Shown here: positions 17,889 through 26,453 of the stretch, piece after piece | Layout: each line of letters begins with the position of its first letter | Numbering within the stretch: the first letter of the stretch is position 1 | Assembly: GCA_002688875.1 (NCBI GenBank) | Contig: NZDU01000041.1 | Coordinates: forward strand, 1-48,624 | Source: Candidatus Pacearchaeota archaeon | GTDB lineage: Archaea > Nanobdellota > Nanobdellia > Pacearchaeales > GW2011-AR1 | DNA length: 48,624 nucleotides | Direction: 5' to 3' | Notes under the pieces: model-generated | What the model was told of the DNA's origin: nothing | Seen by the model: the letters and a program-made list of their open reading frames with translations, nothing else | Database searches by the model: none | Position numbers and translations under genes: made by a program

Positions 17889-17918
17889 TTTTATATAATG
17901 ATTATTTCTTAGTAAGTT

Positions 17919-18164
17919 ATGGATAAGAAGGTTATTGATAAGAAAGTTGTAGGGAAGGAAGCGAAGGGGATTCTTGATAAGTTTGCTAAGGCTCTTGAGA
18001 GGGTTGATTCTAAGGATAGTGATAGCTGGTTTGTGGATAGGGATGAGTTTGAGAGGGAGGAGGGGAAAGGGGAGAAGTGTTGGGAGTTTAAGGAGAAGTT
18101 TTTGGGGAATGCTCCGAGGGTGGATGGGGATTTTGTGGTTGCGGAGAAAGGAGGGTGGAAGTGA
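17919..18164 (+). CDS. gatC: GatC-like amidotransferase subunit (tentative)
   Basis: ILDKFAKALERVD...FKEKFLGNAPRVDGDFVVAEKGGW resembles the GatC C-terminal half (..nAP...dGyf.VP). Sits immediately upstream of gatA. Confidence 0.5.
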   Translation: MDKKVIDKKVVGKEAKGILDKFAKALERVDSKDSDSWFVDRDEFEREEGKGEKCWEFKEKFLGNAPRVDGDFVVAEKGGWK

Positions 18165-18436
18165 TGGTTTTGAGTAGAAGTAGACTTAAGGTTCTTCAGG
18201 ATTCTTATGAGCGTCTTGAGATGTATGTTAAATCTAAGAGGAATAGTGAGGGAAAGTTAGCTGAGAATTTATTCTGGGATGGTAAATTTAATGGATTGGA
18301 TTCTAATTTCTGTAATTTAGTTAATAGTTATGATAGTTCAGATACAGATGTTTCAGATTGCAAGGTTAGATATGATTCGCTTATGGAATTTGTGGAATCA
18401 GAAGCTTCGGAGGTATCTGGAAATCAGGAGTCTTAA
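18164..18436 (+). CDS. Hypothetical protein (90 aa), unskewed class, between gatC-like and gatA
   Basis: ATG at 18164 overlaps the gatC-like stop (TGATG). Its stop at 18434-18436 lies 1 nt before the gatA ATG. Confidence 0.45.
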   Translation: MVLSRSRLKVLQDSYERLEMYVKSKRNSEGKLAENLFWDGKFNGLDSNFCNLVNSYDSSDTDVSDCKVRYDSLMEFVESEASEVSGNQES

Positions 18437-18437
18437 A

Positions 18438-19787
18438 ATGATAAAAGAAAAATTAAAGTTGATTAAATCTGGGAAGCTTTCGGCTGTTGATAATGTTAAA
18501 GGGTTTATTGATAAGATTAAGAGGGAGAATAAGAAGATGAATATTGTGTTGCATGTTAATGGTGATGCTGTTGAGCAGGCTCGGGTGGTTGATGAGAAGA
18601 TTAAGAAAGGGAAGACTGGGAAGTTGGCGGGTTTGGGGTTTTTGGTTAAGTCAAATATTAATGTTGAGGGGTTGATTGCTAATTGTGGTTCTCGGACTTT
18701 GGAGAATTATAAAAGTACTTATGATGCTACGGTTATTAAGAAATTGCTTAGCGAGGATGCTGTGGTTTTGGGGATGGCTAATATGGATGAGTTTGCTTGT
18801 GGTGCTAGTGGGGAGAATAGTGCGTTTGGGGTTTGTGTGAATCCTGCTGCTAAGAGTAGGGTTCCTGGAGGGAGTAGTAGTGGGGCTGCTAGTGGGGTTG
18901 CTGCAGGGTTTTGTGATTTTGCTCTTGGTTCGGATACTGGGGGGTCGATTAGGAATCCTGCGAGTCATTGTGGAGTTGTGGGGATGAAGCCGAGTTATGG
19001 GATGGTTAGTAGGTATGGGTTAGTTGATATGGCTATGAGCTTTGATCAGATTGGGCCTCTTGCCGAGGATGTTGCTGGTTGTGAGGTTGTGTTTGATGTG
19101 ATAAAAGGTAAGGATGATAATGATGCTGTGAGTCGGGATTTTGTGGAAGCAAGTTCTTCAAAGGATTTGAAAAAGATGAAAATAGGGGTTTTGAATATGA
19201 GTGCCGATCCTAGAATATGGGAGTTGGTTACTAATAGGATTAAAGAGGTTAAAGGAGATAAGTGGAAGGTTACTAGTTTTAATTTGGGGCATGTGGATCT
19301 TGGGATTCAAACTTATTATCCGATTGTTTATGTTGAGTTTTTTTCTGGGACTCGGAAGTTTGATGGGAGGAAGTATGGTTTGAATATAGATGAGGTTGGG
19401 GGTAAGGAAGTGTTGAGGCGTATAATTGGGGGTGGGGAGATAAGTAAGGCGGAGTTTGCGGGGAAGTATTATCGTCGTGCTTTGAAGGCTAAGAAGATAA
19501 TTGCTGATGAATTTGAGAAGGCTTTTGAAAAGTTTGATTTTATTATATTGCCTACTGTTCCTAAGTTGCCTCATAAGGTTGGGAAGAGGTTGAGTCTTGA
19601 TGATGAATATGATTATGATGCTTTGACTGTTTTGGCTAATTTGGCTGAAGTGCCTGCTATTAGTGTTCCTGTTGGTTTTGTGAATGATAAGGGGGAAGAG
19701 GTTCCGGTTGGGTTGCAGATTCTTGGTGCGCGTGGGAGCGATGAGGGGTTGTTGGGGGTTGCGAAGGTGTTTGAGGGTGAGGAATAG
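18438..19787 (+). CDS. gatA: Asp/Glu-tRNA amidotransferase subunit A (amidase family)
   Basis: Amidase signature GGSSSGAASGVAAG...GSDTGGSIRNPAS. Start at the ATG at 18438 (MIKEKLKLIKSGK). The upstream part of track ORF 18330 is a read-in. Confidence 0.9.
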   Translation: MIKEKLKLIKSGKLSAVDNVKGFIDKIKRENKKMNIVLHVNGDAVEQARVVDEKIKKGKTGKLAGLGFLVKSNINVEGLIANCGSRTLENYKSTYDATVIKKLLSEDAVVLGMANMDEFACGASGENSAFGVCVNPAAKSRVPGGSSSGAASGVAAGFCDFALGSDTGGSIRNPASHCGVVGMKPSYGMVSRYGLVDMAMSFDQIGPLAEDVAGCEVVFDVIKGKDDNDAVSRDFVEASSSKDLKKMKIGVLNMSADPRIWELVTNRIKEVKGDKWKVTSFNLGHVDLGIQTYYPIVYVEFFSGTRKFDGRKYGLNIDEVGGKEVLRRIIGGGEISKAEFAGKYYRRALKAKKIIADEFEKAFEKFDFIILPTVPKLPHKVGKRLSLDDEYDYDALTVLANLAEVPAISVPVGFVNDKGEEVPVGLQILGARGSDEGLLGVAKVFEGEE

Positions 19788-19853
19788 TCTTAGAGATTAA
19801 AATTTTTAACAGAATTTAGGTAAATTTAAAAACCCTATATTCTGATATTTATT

Positions 19854-20237
19854 ATGGTAAATTATGATAGGTATACTGATTCCACTGTACATGTTGCTAA
19901 TGAAATTCGAGATAGATTGATCGAGTTTTATCATGAGATTCATGTTGCAAATTTATCTTTTTTTGGATTCCCTTATGGGCATATTGTGGGGGGTTTGAGA
20001 AATAAATTAGATGTAGGTTCAAAGTGTACTCCAGAAGAGATTGCTAAGGCTTATATAAATGAATGGAATGATGAAGAAGTTTTACTTTGTTCTGTTGAAC
20101 CAGTTCAATCCAATGGTGAAGTGGGTAAAATATTTGTATATTCGCCGGATAGAGTGGTATTGGATCGATGTGAAAAAGTTGCTAAATTAATTCATGAGGA
20201 TATGAAAGTAGAAGAATATTTTGGTCATTTGGTGTAA
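19854..20237 (+). CDS. Hypothetical protein (127 aa), unskewed class
   Basis: ORF track. No family recognised. Confidence 0.5.
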   Translation: MVNYDRYTDSTVHVANEIRDRLIEFYHEIHVANLSFFGFPYGHIVGGLRNKLDVGSKCTPEEIAKAYINEWNDEEVLLCSVEPVQSNGEVGKIFVYSPDRVVLDRCEKVAKLIHEDMKVEEYFGHLV

Positions 20238-20357
20238 GTCTTGATGGTTATACTAACTTAATGTTCAATATAAAGATAGTAGGTTATAAGATTTAGGTTA
20301 ATTGTAACTCAGGGCAGTTTTAGGAAGATTTTTAAATTAAGGGTTGATTTCTGAAGT

Positions 20358-20480
20358 ATGGGATTTAAGGAAGAATTGAGTAATGTGATTGAGTTAAGTA
20401 GTGAGGAGCTTGGGAAGATTCCTAAGGGGTTTCAGAGGATTGGGGATATTGTGATTATTGGTTTGTTGAGATTTGAATAA
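20358..20480 (+). pseudogene. Truncated duplicate of the trm5 5' end (40 codons)
   Basis: MGFKEELSNVIELSSEELGKIPKGFQRIGDIVIIGLLRFE* compared with the intact MGFKEELVGVIELSSEELDKIPKGFQRIGDIVIVDLSRFD at 21157. The DNA similarity starts upstream of the ATG. Confidence 0.8.
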
Positions 20481-20490
20481 GAGGATTTAT

Positions 20491-20514
20491 ATATGTGTAT
20501 GCATATGTGTATGC
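20491..20514. promoter_or_regulatory. 12-bp tandem repeat atatgtgtatgc x2 abutting the vapB ATG (possible operator)
   Basis: Read directly at 20491-20502 and 20503-20514. Contains atgcat palindromes. Confidence 0.5.
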
Positions 20515-20751
20515 ATGGTAAAAGTTATATCATTATCGAATGAGGCATATGGGAAATTGAAGTCTATGAAGAGAGATAGGTCTTTTTCTGAAGTTGTTGT
20601 TGAGTTGGTTGATGATAATAGAGAAAGAAGAAAACAGAATCTTATGAAATTTGCTGGAGTTTTTGCTAAAGATGCAGATAAATGGGATAAAATTAAAAGT
20701 CAGATTTATGAAGATAGAGAGAAGTTTAAATTAAGAGATTATAAGTTTTGA
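20515..20751 (+). CDS. vapB: VapB-type antitoxin (archaeal DUF217/UPF0330-like)
   Basis: MVKVISLSNEAYGKLKSMKRDRSFSEVVVELV pattern. Overlaps the vapC start region. Confidence 0.7.
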   Translation: MVKVISLSNEAYGKLKSMKRDRSFSEVVVELVDDNRERRKQNLMKFAGVFAKDADKWDKIKSQIYEDREKFKLRDYKF

Positions 20752-20753
20752 AA

Positions 20754-21125
20754 ATGTATTGTTTAGATACTAATATTGTTATAGATTTATTGAAAGGGGA
20801 TAGGGAGTTATCTTTAAAGCTGGATAGTATTGAAGGGAGATTGTTTATTTCACCCATAACTATATTTGAGCTGTTTAAAGGAATAATTAATGAAGATGAA
20901 GTTAGGGTTATTGAAGATATGTTGTCTGAGTTTAGTATTTTAGAGTTTTCTATTGATGTAGGTAAGACTTTTGGCGAGCTGTTTAGAAATTTAAAAAATT
21001 CTGGAAGAACGATTCCAGAATCTGATTTAATGATTGCATCTTTTATTAAATCACATAATCTGATCTTTGTTACACGTGATAAGAAACATTTTGATAATAT
21101 TGGCGTTAAGGTTGAATTTTGGTAG
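20754..21125 (+). CDS. vapC: PIN-domain toxin VapC
   Basis: MYCLDTNIVIDLL (first Asp), FELFKG (Glu), ESDLMIAS (Asp) and FVTRDKKHF. Confidence 0.85.
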   Translation: MYCLDTNIVIDLLKGDRELSLKLDSIEGRLFISPITIFELFKGIINEDEVRVIEDMLSEFSILEFSIDVGKTFGELFRNLKNSGRTIPESDLMIASFIKSHNLIFVTRDKKHFDNIGVKVEFW

Positions 21126-21156
21126 GTTATTTAAATGGTTAATTGATTTCTGAAGT

Positions 21157-22017
21157 ATGGGATTTAAGGAAGAATTAGTTGGAGTGATTGAATTGAGTAG
21201 TGAGGAGCTTGATAAGATTCCTAAGGGGTTTCAGAGGATTGGAGATATTGTGATTGTGGATCTTAGTAGGTTTGATGATTCTCGGAAGGTTGAAATTGGG
21301 GAGGGGATTTTGAAAGTGTTTCCTTATATTAAGACGGTTTGTAGTAAGGAGGGGCCTATTGGTGGGGAGTTTAGGGAGCCTTCGGTTAAGGTGGTTGCGG
21401 GTCTTGAGGATACGGTTGTGACGCATGTTGAATCGGGGATTAAGTATAGGTTTGATGTTTGTAAGATTATGTTTGCTAAGGGGAATATGGTTGAAAGGGT
21501 TAGGATTCCTAAGTTGGTTAAGGATGGAGAGGTTATTGTGGATATGTTTGCGGGGATTGGGTATTTTTCGCTTGGGATTGGGAAATTGGCTAGGCCTGAG
21601 AAGGTTTATGCGATTGAGTTGAATCCGGTTTCGTTTGGGTTTTTGGAAGAGAATGTTGGGTTGAATAAGATTTCGGATAGGGTTGAAGTGGTTAATGGGG
21701 ATAATCGGGAGGTTATTGATGGGTTGGTTGCTAATGGTGTGAGGGCAGATAGGGTTGTGATGGGGTATTTGCCGCCTCCGAAGGAATTTCTTCCATGGGC
21801 GTTTAAGATTGTTAAGGATAATGGGGTTATTCATTATGAGGATTTGGTGAATGTGGATGATGTTGAAAATGAGGTTGAGAGGATTGTGAATGAGGTTCGT
21901 GAGGTTGCTAATGGGTGTGGGAAGGATGTGGAATTGGTAAGTGATAGGAAGATAAAGTCGTATGGGCCTAAGGTTGGGCATTGGGTGTTTGATATTAGGG
22001 TTGTGGGTAAGGTGTAG
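21157..22017 (+). CDS. trm5: Trm5/Taw2 (Met-10+ like) tRNA methyltransferase / acp-transferase family
   Basis: MFAKGNMVERVR, DMFAGIGYFSL and ELNP motifs. Confidence 0.8.
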   Translation: MGFKEELVGVIELSSEELDKIPKGFQRIGDIVIVDLSRFDDSRKVEIGEGILKVFPYIKTVCSKEGPIGGEFREPSVKVVAGLEDTVVTHVESGIKYRFDVCKIMFAKGNMVERVRIPKLVKDGEVIVDMFAGIGYFSLGIGKLARPEKVYAIELNPVSFGFLEENVGLNKISDRVEVVNGDNREVIDGLVANGVRADRVVMGYLPPPKEFLPWAFKIVKDNGVIHYEDLVNVDDVENEVERIVNEVREVANGCGKDVELVSDRKIKSYGPKVGHWVFDIRVVGKV

Positions 22018-22108
22018 CTATATGCTGGAATATATCATAAACAAAGCTTTAAATACCCTATAATTGTCTGAATATTATCAGATTAATTAAATAATCATGG
22101 AGGATATA

Positions 22109-22429
22109 ATGAAAGGTAAAGTAAAATTCTTTAATGTTTCTAAGAGATTCGGTTTTATAGCTGGAGACGATGGAAAAGAGTATTTTGTTCATCAAATGGG
22201 ACTTAAAGAAGGCGTTAGAATTAACGAAGATGACACTGTAGTTTTTGATACTGAAGACGGAGACAGAGGACCTAAAGCGGTTAATGTTGCTTTGGATGAT
22301 GGATCTAGTTCTGATAGTGGTGCTGATGAAGCTGCTCCTGCGGAATCGGAAGATGAAGCTGGTAGTGAAGAAGAAGCTGAGTCAGAAGATAGTGCTGATG
22401 AGTCGGAAGAAGAATCTAAAGACGAGTAA
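22109..22429 (+). CDS. Cold-shock domain protein with a long acidic C-terminal tail
   Basis: MKGKVKFFNVSKRFGFI...EYFVH (RNP1/RNP2-like), then SSSDSGADEAAPAESEDEAGSEEEAESEDSADESEEESKDE. ggagg lies 5 nt upstream of the ATG at 22109. Confidence 0.85.
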   Translation: MKGKVKFFNVSKRFGFIAGDDGKEYFVHQMGLKEGVRINEDDTVVFDTEDGDRGPKAVNVALDDGSSSDSGADEAAPAESEDEAGSEEEAESEDSADESEEESKDE

Positions 22430-22517
22430 ATCTTAGTGAATCTTAGTAGATAGTATTTTTTTTATTTTATTTTTGTTGTTGTTTTTGGTGGGGGTTGGTG
22501 AGTATTGGATAATTTTC

Positions 22518-23261
22518 TTATTTTTTACTCATTTTCCAAAGCATATTGAAGTAAGCAATATAACTTTCTGCGATCTTTTTATTTTTGATAACTATGCATT
22601 GAGGCTTATCGCCAAATAAAATTGTAGCTACCTGGTCTTTACTAATATCAACTAATACTGGTGTTCTAATAATCTTTGGAAGTATTTTTACTTCTGTTAG
22701 GGGGCTTTTCTTTCTCATTTCTACCCATTCTTTGGAGAAATCGTGATTGTATAATATTTTGCACTTTATACCTTTTTTTATACGTTTTTTATGCCATTCT
22801 TTGAAATAAGGGGCAAGAAATTCATTAGATTCTTTTGGAGCTCCTAGAATATAGAAAGTATCATCTTTATCTAATTTTTCAAGAATATCCTCAGTAAATG
22901 TTTTTATTCCTGATACTCCTTGCAAAATCTCTGCTTCTTGAGTGGGTTCTGCGAATTTACTTATTTCATCAAGTTCTGGTAAGATCTCTTCTACATCATT
23001 TATTTCGTTCTTTTTTGTTTCAATCAAATCTTTTAATCTTGAAGGGTTTTTAGCTTCGAATGTTCTCCCATTATTTTCTTTGGTTATTCCAACTAATCCT
23101 TTTTTGTTTAGTCTGTCTAGAATATCATATACCTTAGAATTTGAAACATTTGCCTCTTTTATTATATCTCCGATAGTTGATTTACCTATTCTTAGTAATG
23201 TTAAATAGACTCTGCTTTCGGCGTTAGTTAATCCTATTTTTTCAAGTATTTCATCATTCAT
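22518..23261 (-). CDS. TrmB-family transcriptional regulator
   Basis: LGLTNAESRVYLTLLRIGKSTIGDIIKEANVSNSKVYDILDRLNKKGLV (wHTH) plus a TrmB-like C-terminal domain. Confidence 0.8.
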   Translation of the reverse strand: MNDEILEKIGLTNAESRVYLTLLRIGKSTIGDIIKEANVSNSKVYDILDRLNKKGLVGITKENNGRTFEAKNPSRLKDLIETKKNEINDVEEILPELDEISKFAEPTQEAEILQGVSGIKTFTEDILEKLDKDDTFYILGAPKESNEFLAPYFKEWHKKRIKKGIKCKILYNHDFSKEWVEMRKKSPLTEVKILPKIIRTPVLVDISKDQVATILFGDKPQCIVIKNKKIAESYIAYFNMLWKMSKK

Positions 23262-23375
23262 GATTATAATATCTGTTGAAGCTATTTAAATACTTCGCCC
23301 CCCCGTGAGGAGATAATGTTTATAAGGGCTTTATTATCAAAACTTATTATATACTGATCGGAGGAATTGAATAAA

Positions 23376-24233
23376 ATGGAAATAGATCCGAATAAGGAAT
23401 CGCTAGAAAGAAATCATGTTCTTATGCATAAATATATAGAATCGGATGTGGCGAGAGCATTGGCTGATCCCTATAGGCAAGATAGACTGGAAAATTTTGT
23501 AGGGCTTATTCAAAAAGAATTTCAGGAAAGAGGATATCTATATTTGAGGGAATCTCCCGCATATATCCCTTATGAGTTATACAATCCAAATGATTTAGGG
23601 TTTGAGTTAAAGGGACTTGAATTAGGCACTGGGGAACATAGAATTAGTCATTATAGTGCATATCTTGATATCCCGTTTTTTGATCACACAGATGAGGATA
23701 TTTTAATTGCTGAAACATTAGATCAAGAGAAAGGCTTATTGCATAAAATTTCTATGAATCTTGGAGCAGAAGGAATAGAGGTTTTAGGCGATTCTTCTAA
23801 TAGAAAATCTAAGAAATATTCCAATATTGTTTTAGCGACTAATCAGGATATAAGAAAAACCTCTAATGGACTAGCTACTCACGTACAATCTTTGCACCAA
23901 TCTAAAGAAAGTATCAAAATTCTTTTTAATAGTCTTATTCAGGGATTTGTTGGATATGAGGTTCACCCGTTTGAAGGAAAATCTTCTTTTAGGGTTCATA
24001 ATGGTTTATCAGAAATAGAATTTAAGAAATATAGCCCAGGTATAAAAATATTAGGAAAAACTGCCTCGTTAATGGAGCCTGAATATATTGTTGGGCAACG
24101 GGGGGGTGGAAGATTACAATTATTCAATGAGGATAATCAGGGATATAGTCTAAAAGTTGATTTTAATGACGGAAGTGTTTTAACAATTGGGATGTCTATT
24201 CCAGATAATTGCGCATTTTTAGGATTTATTTGA
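23376..24233 (+). CDS. Hypothetical protein (285 aa), unskewed class
   Basis: ATG at 23376 with ggagg 11 nt upstream. Its stop abuts the stop of the convergent methyltransferase gene with zero spacer. Confidence 0.55.
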   Translation: MEIDPNKESLERNHVLMHKYIESDVARALADPYRQDRLENFVGLIQKEFQERGYLYLRESPAYIPYELYNPNDLGFELKGLELGTGEHRISHYSAYLDIPFFDHTDEDILIAETLDQEKGLLHKISMNLGAEGIEVLGDSSNRKSKKYSNIVLATNQDIRKTSNGLATHVQSLHQSKESIKILFNSLIQGFVGYEVHPFEGKSSFRVHNGLSEIEFKKYSPGIKILGKTASLMEPEYIVGQRGGGRLQLFNEDNQGYSLKVDFNDGSVLTIGMSIPDNCAFLGFI

Positions 24234-24986
24234 CTATTCTTTCCAAGCATGAAAAATATATAGGTGATCTTTGAAATTGTGGGTTTTTGGTTCTAAGAAT
24301 GATTTTAGTTTTTCTTGGTTTTCTATTGTTAGATTGTTTTGGAAGTCGAAGAAGTGGAAGGTGTTGAAGATCGTTTCTAATTTTGGGAAGTTTAGATTTA
24401 GTGTGGTTTGTTTTTCGGTGTTGACTTGGAATCCTTGTTGTTTGAAATGGGTTGTTAATAGTGTTTTTAGTTCTTGTTTTTTGTTCTGTTCTGATTCATT
24501 TTTGGTATCTTGATTATTATTTAGGATTAGGTCTCGCATTTTTGGGATGTCGCCTTTGGGGCCGGGCATTATTATGATTATGTGGTTTTTGGTTACTCTT
24601 ATTAGTTCGTTTAGGTAGTTTGGGTTTTTTAGTAAGTTGGATGGGATCCAGCCTGCGTAGGTGATGTTGAATTCTTTGTCTTTGAAAGGTAGAGTTGTTT
24701 CGTTATTTGGTTTGATGGCTTTGAGTTTGGTTTGAAGGTTCCTGGTTTTGGCTAGGTTGTTAATTGTTTCGGTGTTGAAGGGGTCGATGCAGGTTATGTG
24801 GCTTGGTGGTTGGTTTGAGTTTAGGAGTTTGATTGCTATTCTTGCGTTTGGGCCGGCTCCGATTTCTAGGCAGGGTTTGTTTTTGAAATTTGTTGTTGAT
24901 AATAAGAGCGGGATTTCTTTAGTGTCTTGTTCGGTGCTTGCCTTTAATAGGGCTTGGTAGGCTTCTGGGAATTGGAAGGGTTTCAT
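24234..24986 (-). CDS. Class I SAM-dependent methyltransferase
   Basis: Motif I is CLEIGAGPN. A/C-ending codons. ATGA overlap with the upstream ORF. Confidence 0.7.
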   Translation of the reverse strand: MKPFQFPEAYQALLKASTEQDTKEIPLLLSTTNFKNKPCLEIGAGPNARIAIKLLNSNQPPSHITCIDPFNTETINNLAKTRNLQTKLKAIKPNNETTLPFKDKEFNITYAGWIPSNLLKNPNYLNELIRVTKNHIIIIMPGPKGDIPKMRDLILNNNQDTKNESEQNKKQELKTLLTTHFKQQGFQVNTEKQTTLNLNFPKLETIFNTFHFFDFQNNLTIENQEKLKSFLEPKTHNFKDHLYIFHAWKE

Positions 24987-25393
24987 TTTAATGGTAAGAG
25001 TCTACAGCAGAAATTAAAGGTTTCGGTTGCTTCATCTAGCTCTTCGTTTTCTGATATTTCTTTGGATAATCTTAAGAACTTACTTATTAGGTCTATTCTA
25101 TCTTTTGGAAGTGCATAATTTTTGATTATCTTTGTTACTTTTATTAGTCTTTTTTTAGGGAGGTAGTATTTTGGTTTATTTTCGTAGATTGTTGAAAAGT
25201 TTACTCTTCTTCTTTGCATTCGTCCATGTCTTCTTAACATCTCATTTTCTAAACACGCTACTGTATTCACTGCAATTTCTAGTTTATCATACCAATTAGA
25301 CTGATCTACCTCGGCCATATCTATTTCATATTTGTACTCGTCTCCATTATGTGTTAATGTGGCTATTCTTGTTAGCATCTTATTTCTTAACAT
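24983..25393 (-). CDS. Hypothetical protein (136 aa), unskewed class
   Basis: ORF track. Overlaps the decarboxylase stop (alternative ATG at 25378) and the methyltransferase start. Confidence 0.5.
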   Translation of the reverse strand: MLRNKMLTRIATLTHNGDEYKYEIDMAEVDQSNWYDKLEIAVNTVACLENEMLRRHGRMQRRRVNFSTIYENKPKYYLPKKRLIKVTKIIKNYALPKDRIDLISKFLRLSKEISENEELDEATETFNFCCRLLPLK

Positions 25394-26453
25394 AGATTCT
25401 AGGTTTTTTATAAGTTATCTCCCATGCTAAGTTGTAGCAATAGGCTCCGACGTTTTCTACTTTGATTAGGTCTTCTTCTTTTAGGTGTTCGTTTATGTTT
25501 GTTAGGTTGTCGTTTCCGAAAAGTAATGGGCCTGATAGTTGGTAGGTTTGTTTTTTCTGGTTATTGGTATTTTTTATATGAGAGTTTTTTATTTTTGAGA
25601 ATTTGTAATTAGCTAATGTTATTTTTGGGAGTAGATTTATTCCGGCGTCTAGGATTGCTATGTTCTTTTTGTTTTTGGTTTTTATTGATATTACTTTTGT
25701 GATTAGTTCGAAAGTATCGGCTGTTAGATATCTTCCGGGTTCTAGGATTATTGTTTTGTCTTTTTGGATTTGGGTTTTGAAGTTGGTTGCTATTTGTTTG
25801 ATGTAGTCTTCTAAAGTGGTTTGTTGGTTTTTTAGTTGGGGTTTGTCTGGGAGGCCTCCGCCTAGGTTTATGTATTTTATTTCAGGTAGTTGGGTTGTTA
25901 GGTTGTTTGTTATTTCTTTTGCTTGAGATAGGAATTCTTGGTATTGGGTTAGGTTTTGTTGGGTTCCGGGATGGAAATGGAGGGCTATTATTTTTAGGTT
26001 TTTGTTTTTGGCTTCTTTTAATAAGTTTGGTAGTTGGTTTTTGGAGAAACCGAATTTATCTTCTTTTAATGAGATTCTGATTCCGATTTGGAATGGATTG
26101 GTTTTTGAATTGGATTTTGTTAATATGTTGTGGATTTTGTTTAGTTCTGATAATGAGTCGATGTTGATTAGGAATTTGTTTTTGATTGCTAGTTCTAGTT
26201 CTTCTTGGGTTTTGGCTGGGCCGTTGAATATTAATTGTTTTTTTGGGGTTTCTTGGATTTCTTTTAAGGAGGTTACTTCGAAATGGGATCCTTCTGATGA
26301 TAAGTCTTTTAGAAGTTGATGATGGGAGTTGGTTTTTACGGAGTATGCGATTATATGGTTTTTTAGATATTTAGTTGTTAACTCTGATAGGTTTTGGTAG
26401 TTGGTTTTTAGTTGGGTTGGGTTGTAGAGGAGGTGGGGGGTTTTTGGGGTCAT
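25380..26453 (-). CDS. PLP-dependent decarboxylase, Orn/DAP/Arg decarboxylase family (alanine-racemase fold)
   Basis: AYSVKTN (PLP Lys), HFHPGTQ, NLGGGLP and EPGRYL motifs. The usual GPxC(E/D)xxD motif reads GPLLFGND. Confidence 0.75.
   Translation of the reverse strand: MTPKTPHLLYNPTQLKTNYQNLSELTTKYLKNHIIAYSVKTNSHHQLLKDLSSEGSHFEVTSLKEIQETPKKQLIFNGPAKTQEELELAIKNKFLINIDSLSELNKIHNILTKSNSKTNPFQIGIRISLKEDKFGFSKNQLPNLLKEAKNKNLKIIALHFHPGTQQNLTQYQEFLSQAKEITNNLTTQLPEIKYINLGGGLPDKPQLKNQQTTLEDYIKQIATNFKTQIQKDKTIILEPGRYLTADTFELITKVISIKTKNKKNIAILDAGINLLPKITLANYKFSKIKNSHIKNTNNQKKQTYQLSGPLLFGNDNLTNINEHLKEEDLIKVENVGAYCYNLAWEITYKKPRIYVKK

Noticed and set aside
18330-18437. Upstream extension of gatA (track start 18330). 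Similar non-ATG extensions occur at 20473 (vapB), 15686 (aspS), 8467, 23367, 27555 and 35498.
   Set aside because: The extensions start at TTG or GTG, or overlap the preceding ORF. Conserved N-termini and nearby ATGs, some with GGAGG, give better starts.
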